Source: Thermococcus sp. JdFR-02 (GTDB lineage Archaea > Methanobacteriota_B > Thermococci > Thermococcales > Thermococcaceae). From it: a stretch of DNA of 28,445 nucleotides. Location: NCBI GenBank assembly GCA_002009975.1, contig MTLP01000008.1, forward strand, positions 1 to 28,445, given 5' to 3'. Below are positions 25,710 to 28,445 of the stretch, piece after piece (within the stretch, counting starts at the first letter, position 1; every line of letters begins with the position of its first letter). Under the pieces are notes generated by a model. The model was not told the origin of the DNA and searched no databases. It saw nothing but the letters and a program-made list of their open reading frames with translations. A program made the position numbers and the translations under genes.

Positions 25710-26834
25710 ATGGGATGTGCATGTGAGAATGGGGTCTCTTTCAGAAGAGTATCTGAACTCACCGTGATACCAACATACGCGTGTAACTTTGATTGCACCT
25801 ACTGCTTCGTGCATCATAGCTGGAACGAGGTGCCTACGCAAAAGGTGATGAGCAGGCGTATCGTCGACCGTATCCTCGACTTCTTTATTCCCGGGAAAGT
25901 TGAGAAAGAGTTTAATTTCTGGTTCTTCGGCGGGGAACCGCTCATACCAGCGGTCAGGGACACAGTGATGTACGCAGTGGAGAGAGTCAGAGAGGTTGCC
26001 CGCGAACACGGTATCCGCGTAACCATCGGCGCAACCACCAACGGATACTATCTTGACGGGGACTTCATTGAGTGGTGCTTGCAACAAAACTTCAGGTTGC
26101 TCATAAGCTACGACGGATACCACAACCAGCGTATATTCCGCGGACGCAAAGGGCATCGCGAGGAAGATGCAGAGGTGGTAGAAGAGAACATTCGCATGTT
26201 GCACGTGACCGAGAAAGGGAAGATGCTCGCACCCACAGCTGCGATGCAACTCCCTCCAAGAGGGCTAAAAAGACTTTACAACAATGTTATGAGCGCCTTT
26301 GACCTGGGATTCAGGAGCGTTGCACTGAACAAGGTCACTGGCAGGACAGGAGGATACTCCGCAGAGGATATCAGGATACTTGAACGTGAGCTTTCTCGCT
26401 TGGTGGAATTTCTGAAGCGGGAACGAAGCAGAGCCCCAGAAGAGAGACGCAGCGTGGAGTTCTTGGAAAAGAAGATAAACTTCTTGTGTAGCCCCTCCTT
26501 CCTGAGCAAGCAAGTATTCCAGAATGATAACAGCTGCGGCGCCGCAAAGGGATCCTTGAGTGTGGGACCAGACGGCAGCATTTACCCCTGCCAGAGAATG
26601 CACTTCTCGAGGTTTTGGCTTGGCAATGTGGTGGAGGGCAAGTTCTTCTTGGCAAAACGCACCGCCCTAGCGGAGCACCGGCCTGCAGGGTGCCTCGGCT
26701 GCGAGGTGCGTTGCGCACCATGCTATGCTGCCAGCTATGAGGTGCTCGGGAACATTGACGGCGTGCCAGAGCACGAGTGCATGTTCGAGAGGGCGTTCTT
26801 TAGGAAGGCCAGGGAGTTTGCGCTCACCGTCTGA
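25710..26834 (+). CDS. Radical SAM/SPASM-domain maturase (anSME/SCIFF-maturase-like)
   Basis: Start moved to ATG 25710; CNFDCTYC, FFGGEPL, TTNG, ISYDG; SPASM CGAAKGSLSVGPDGSIYPC..CLGC..C..C..C; no N-terminal RRE extension. Confidence 0.95.
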   Translation: MGCACENGVSFRRVSELTVIPTYACNFDCTYCFVHHSWNEVPTQKVMSRRIVDRILDFFIPGKVEKEFNFWFFGGEPLIPAVRDTVMYAVERVREVAREHGIRVTIGATTNGYYLDGDFIEWCLQQNFRLLISYDGYHNQRIFRGRKGHREEDAEVVEENIRMLHVTEKGKMLAPTAAMQLPPRGLKRLYNNVMSAFDLGFRSVALNKVTGRTGGYSAEDIRILERELSRLVEFLKRERSRAPEERRSVEFLEKKINFLCSPSFLSKQVFQNDNSCGAAKGSLSVGPDGSIYPCQRMHFSRFWLGNVVEGKFFLAKRTALAEHRPAGCLGCEVRCAPCYAASYEVLGNIDGVPEHECMFERAFFRKAREFALTV

Positions 26835-26883
26835 ATGGTTTTTTTAGAAATCTTACGCCCCTCATGTGGTGAGGTGGCTGAAG

Positions 26884-28445
26884 ATGCGCGAATCCGTGCC
26901 AGTTGCCTGCCTGCTCGTGCTCATGCTTGTTCTAGCCACCCCTGCGGCGGCTGTAACATACGTGCCGGGTTACATTGAGATAGAGAAGCCCCGCGAGAAC
27001 ATCACGGTGCGCGTGCCAGTGGCTATAGAGTCTGGAAGCACTCCTCCGCAGGGTGATTATCAGGAACCCGGAGAGCCAGCGTCTGGAATTAACATAACGA
27101 TACTCTTCCCGCCAGATGGGCTCGAGTCCTTGGTGAGCAATATCACCGCCTACGGCAGGGCATGGTCTAGGGATACCGTCACAAAGGTGGAGTTTCGCCT
27201 CAATGGAGGCGCTTGGGAGACTGCCAGCGGCACAACCTCGTGGACGACACCCTCGCTTCAGCTGGTGGACGGCTGGAATACAATAGAAGTGCGTGCCCAC
27301 GACAGCAAAGGTAGGGTTACAACCGCGAAGGTGAAGGTGAAATACACGCCTGAGGTGGTCTCGCAAGGGGAGTGGCGCGTCTATCGCGTGCCTGTCACTA
27401 TCAAGTTTTTCGGTTGGTACAGCCAAGCAGTATTCTACACCGACACTGGCTTCAAGGTGGTAATTAAAGCAGAGGGGGATGGAGCAAGCTACAGAGAACA
27501 TCGCAGAGATCCGCTCACAAACCGGCTCCACCTCTATGTATATGATCCTCAAGGGAGGTTGTACGCAGACAGCTACACCATTGCAGTGGGTCAGGGCAAG
27601 ACTGTTCCAGGAAAGTTGGACTTCACCTATGAGATGTGGGATGCTGACTATGAGCCAGACTATACACTTTACTACTACGAGGTCTGGCAGGCATCAAGGG
27701 GTCTAAGCACACCCAAGATATATTACTCCGAAGACGATGGTGGCTGGCTTCACATCAAAAACCTGAAGGTGTGGCTCTATGAGCCGAAGAATCTTCAGAG
27801 AAGCTACTCTATAACCAAAACGCTTGTGCACTGCTCGTATGATGACGATGACTGGGGTGTGTTCACTGGTCTTTATCAGGTGTACTCGATAGGCAGCCTC
27901 AGCAAGACCTGCTATTTCCAGCATCCCGTCATACAAGGCAAGCTGGTGCTGTACGGCGACAAGGAGACTCCGCATGTTGTGCAGCAGTTCTACAGAGCCA
28001 CGCCGTTTGTTTACGCAAAGACTCTTGAGAAGAATTATGACTACGACTACTGCTGGAGTGGCCAACTCATTTACGGGGACAAGAAAACATGCTCGATGGA
28101 CAGATACAGGACGATATACCACCGGACCTTCTCCAGCACAGAAGTGACGAATAACAATGTGGTGCTGAGGGTAACCGATGATTCTGGTAGTCAGAGGACA
28201 ACGAGGCTTGAGACCTACAGGAGAAAGAGGAATGAGATAGACGGCTGGAAGTCAATCAACGATGCCTTCTCCGCGCCATCGCCAGCGGTCACCGTCTACA
28301 TCCGGAAGCAGGGTGGCTCCTGGGTCACTGCAGGCAGGTACACATTCGAGTACCCGTACAATGTCCACATAAGCTATGTGAGCAGTGTGAGCGAGTACTA
28401 CAGTGATCGCAGTATCAACGTAGGCACGGAGTACTTCTACGCCAG
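26884..28445 (+). CDS. Large secreted Ig-like domain protein, truncated by the window edge
   Basis: RBS GGTGAGGTGG; MRESVPVACLLVLMLVLATPAAA|V signal peptide; Ig-like VTKVEFRLNGGAW..LVDGWNTIEVRAHDSKG; frame open to the end, hence absent from the ORF track. Confidence 0.85.
   Translation, partial: MRESVPVACLLVLMLVLATPAAAVTYVPGYIEIEKPRENITVRVPVAIESGSTPPQGDYQEPGEPASGINITILFPPDGLESLVSNITAYGRAWSRDTVTKVEFRLNGGAWETASGTTSWTTPSLQLVDGWNTIEVRAHDSKGRVTTAKVKVKYTPEVVSQGEWRVYRVPVTIKFFGWYSQAVFYTDTGFKVVIKAEGDGASYREHRRDPLTNRLHLYVYDPQGRLYADSYTIAVGQGKTVPGKLDFTYEMWDADYEPDYTLYYYEVWQASRGLSTPKIYYSEDDGGWLHIKNLKVWLYEPKNLQRSYSITKTLVHCSYDDDDWGVFTGLYQVYSIGSLSKTCYFQHPVIQGKLVLYGDKETPHVVQQFYRATPFVYAKTLEKNYDYDYCWSGQLIYGDKKTCSMDRYRTIYHRTFSSTEVTNNNVVLRVTDDSGSQRTTRLETYRRKRNEIDGWKSINDAFSAPSPAVTVYIRKQGGSWVTAGRYTFEYPYNVHISYVSSVSEYYSDRSINVGTEYFYA

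Larger units (their letters stand above)
1340..28445. mobile_element. Putative integrated (ICE-like) archaeal element; core 1340-15014, cargo probably continuing past the right edge
   Basis: Integrase at the left end, then Orc1/Cdc6, TFB, ParA/MinD, pilin, VirB6/CedA-like and VirB4-like genes, a toxin and patchy GC. No tRNA or second att copy was found, so both borders are approximate. Confidence 0.65.

Noticed and set aside
25710-26834. Ordinary anaerobic sulfatase-maturating enzyme
   Set aside because: No sulfatase gene seen in the window and a CxxxC-repeat protein is adjacent; not fully excluded without a phylogeny.
26932-28255. ORFs 26932..27552, 27479..27706, 27703..28122 and 28067..28255
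   Set aside because: Shadows of the long open plus-strand frame starting at 26884.
1557-28445. Provirus
   Set aside because: No capsid, terminase, portal or packaging genes recognised; gene content is conjugation-like.

Overview
Archaeal DNA, judged from BRE/TATA promoters, GGTGA-type Shine-Dalgarno sites, and Orc1/Cdc6 and TFB homologues; the host taxon cannot be determined. The first ~1.3 kb holds a small secreted-protein gene and a hicB-hicA pair. Most of the rest looks like an integrated mobile element. It opens with a repeat-rich origin/att-like segment (~1340-1510) and a coupled operon of tyrosine integrase, Orc1/Cdc6 and a divergent TFB. A GC-richer DNA-transfer module follows (5.2-15 kb): MinD/ParA ATPase, CedA/VirB6-like membrane protein, VirB2/TrbC-type pilin, VirB4/HerA(CedB)-like ATPase, two degenerate MinD-like proteins and a large membrane-anchored protein with a nuclease-like tail. 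No relaxase is recognisable. Next come a PIN toxin and an AT-rich insert (~16.1-20.5 kb) with an AAA+ ATPase/Zn-ribbon/HEPN-like fusion. The right end is a surface-protein cargo region. There a radical SAM/SPASM enzyme lies divergent to a 978-aa protein with an internal Tat-like signal, an embedded SCIFF/ranthipeptide-like CxxxC repeat, disulfide-type repeats and Ig-like domains. Most interesting: (1) the rSAM plus giant embedded-core substrate pair; (2) an ICE-like element with its own replication initiator, its own TFB and a shared non-canonical promoter motif; (3) a Ced-like transfer machine on a mobile element. All family assignments come from motif recognition by eye, not from database searches.
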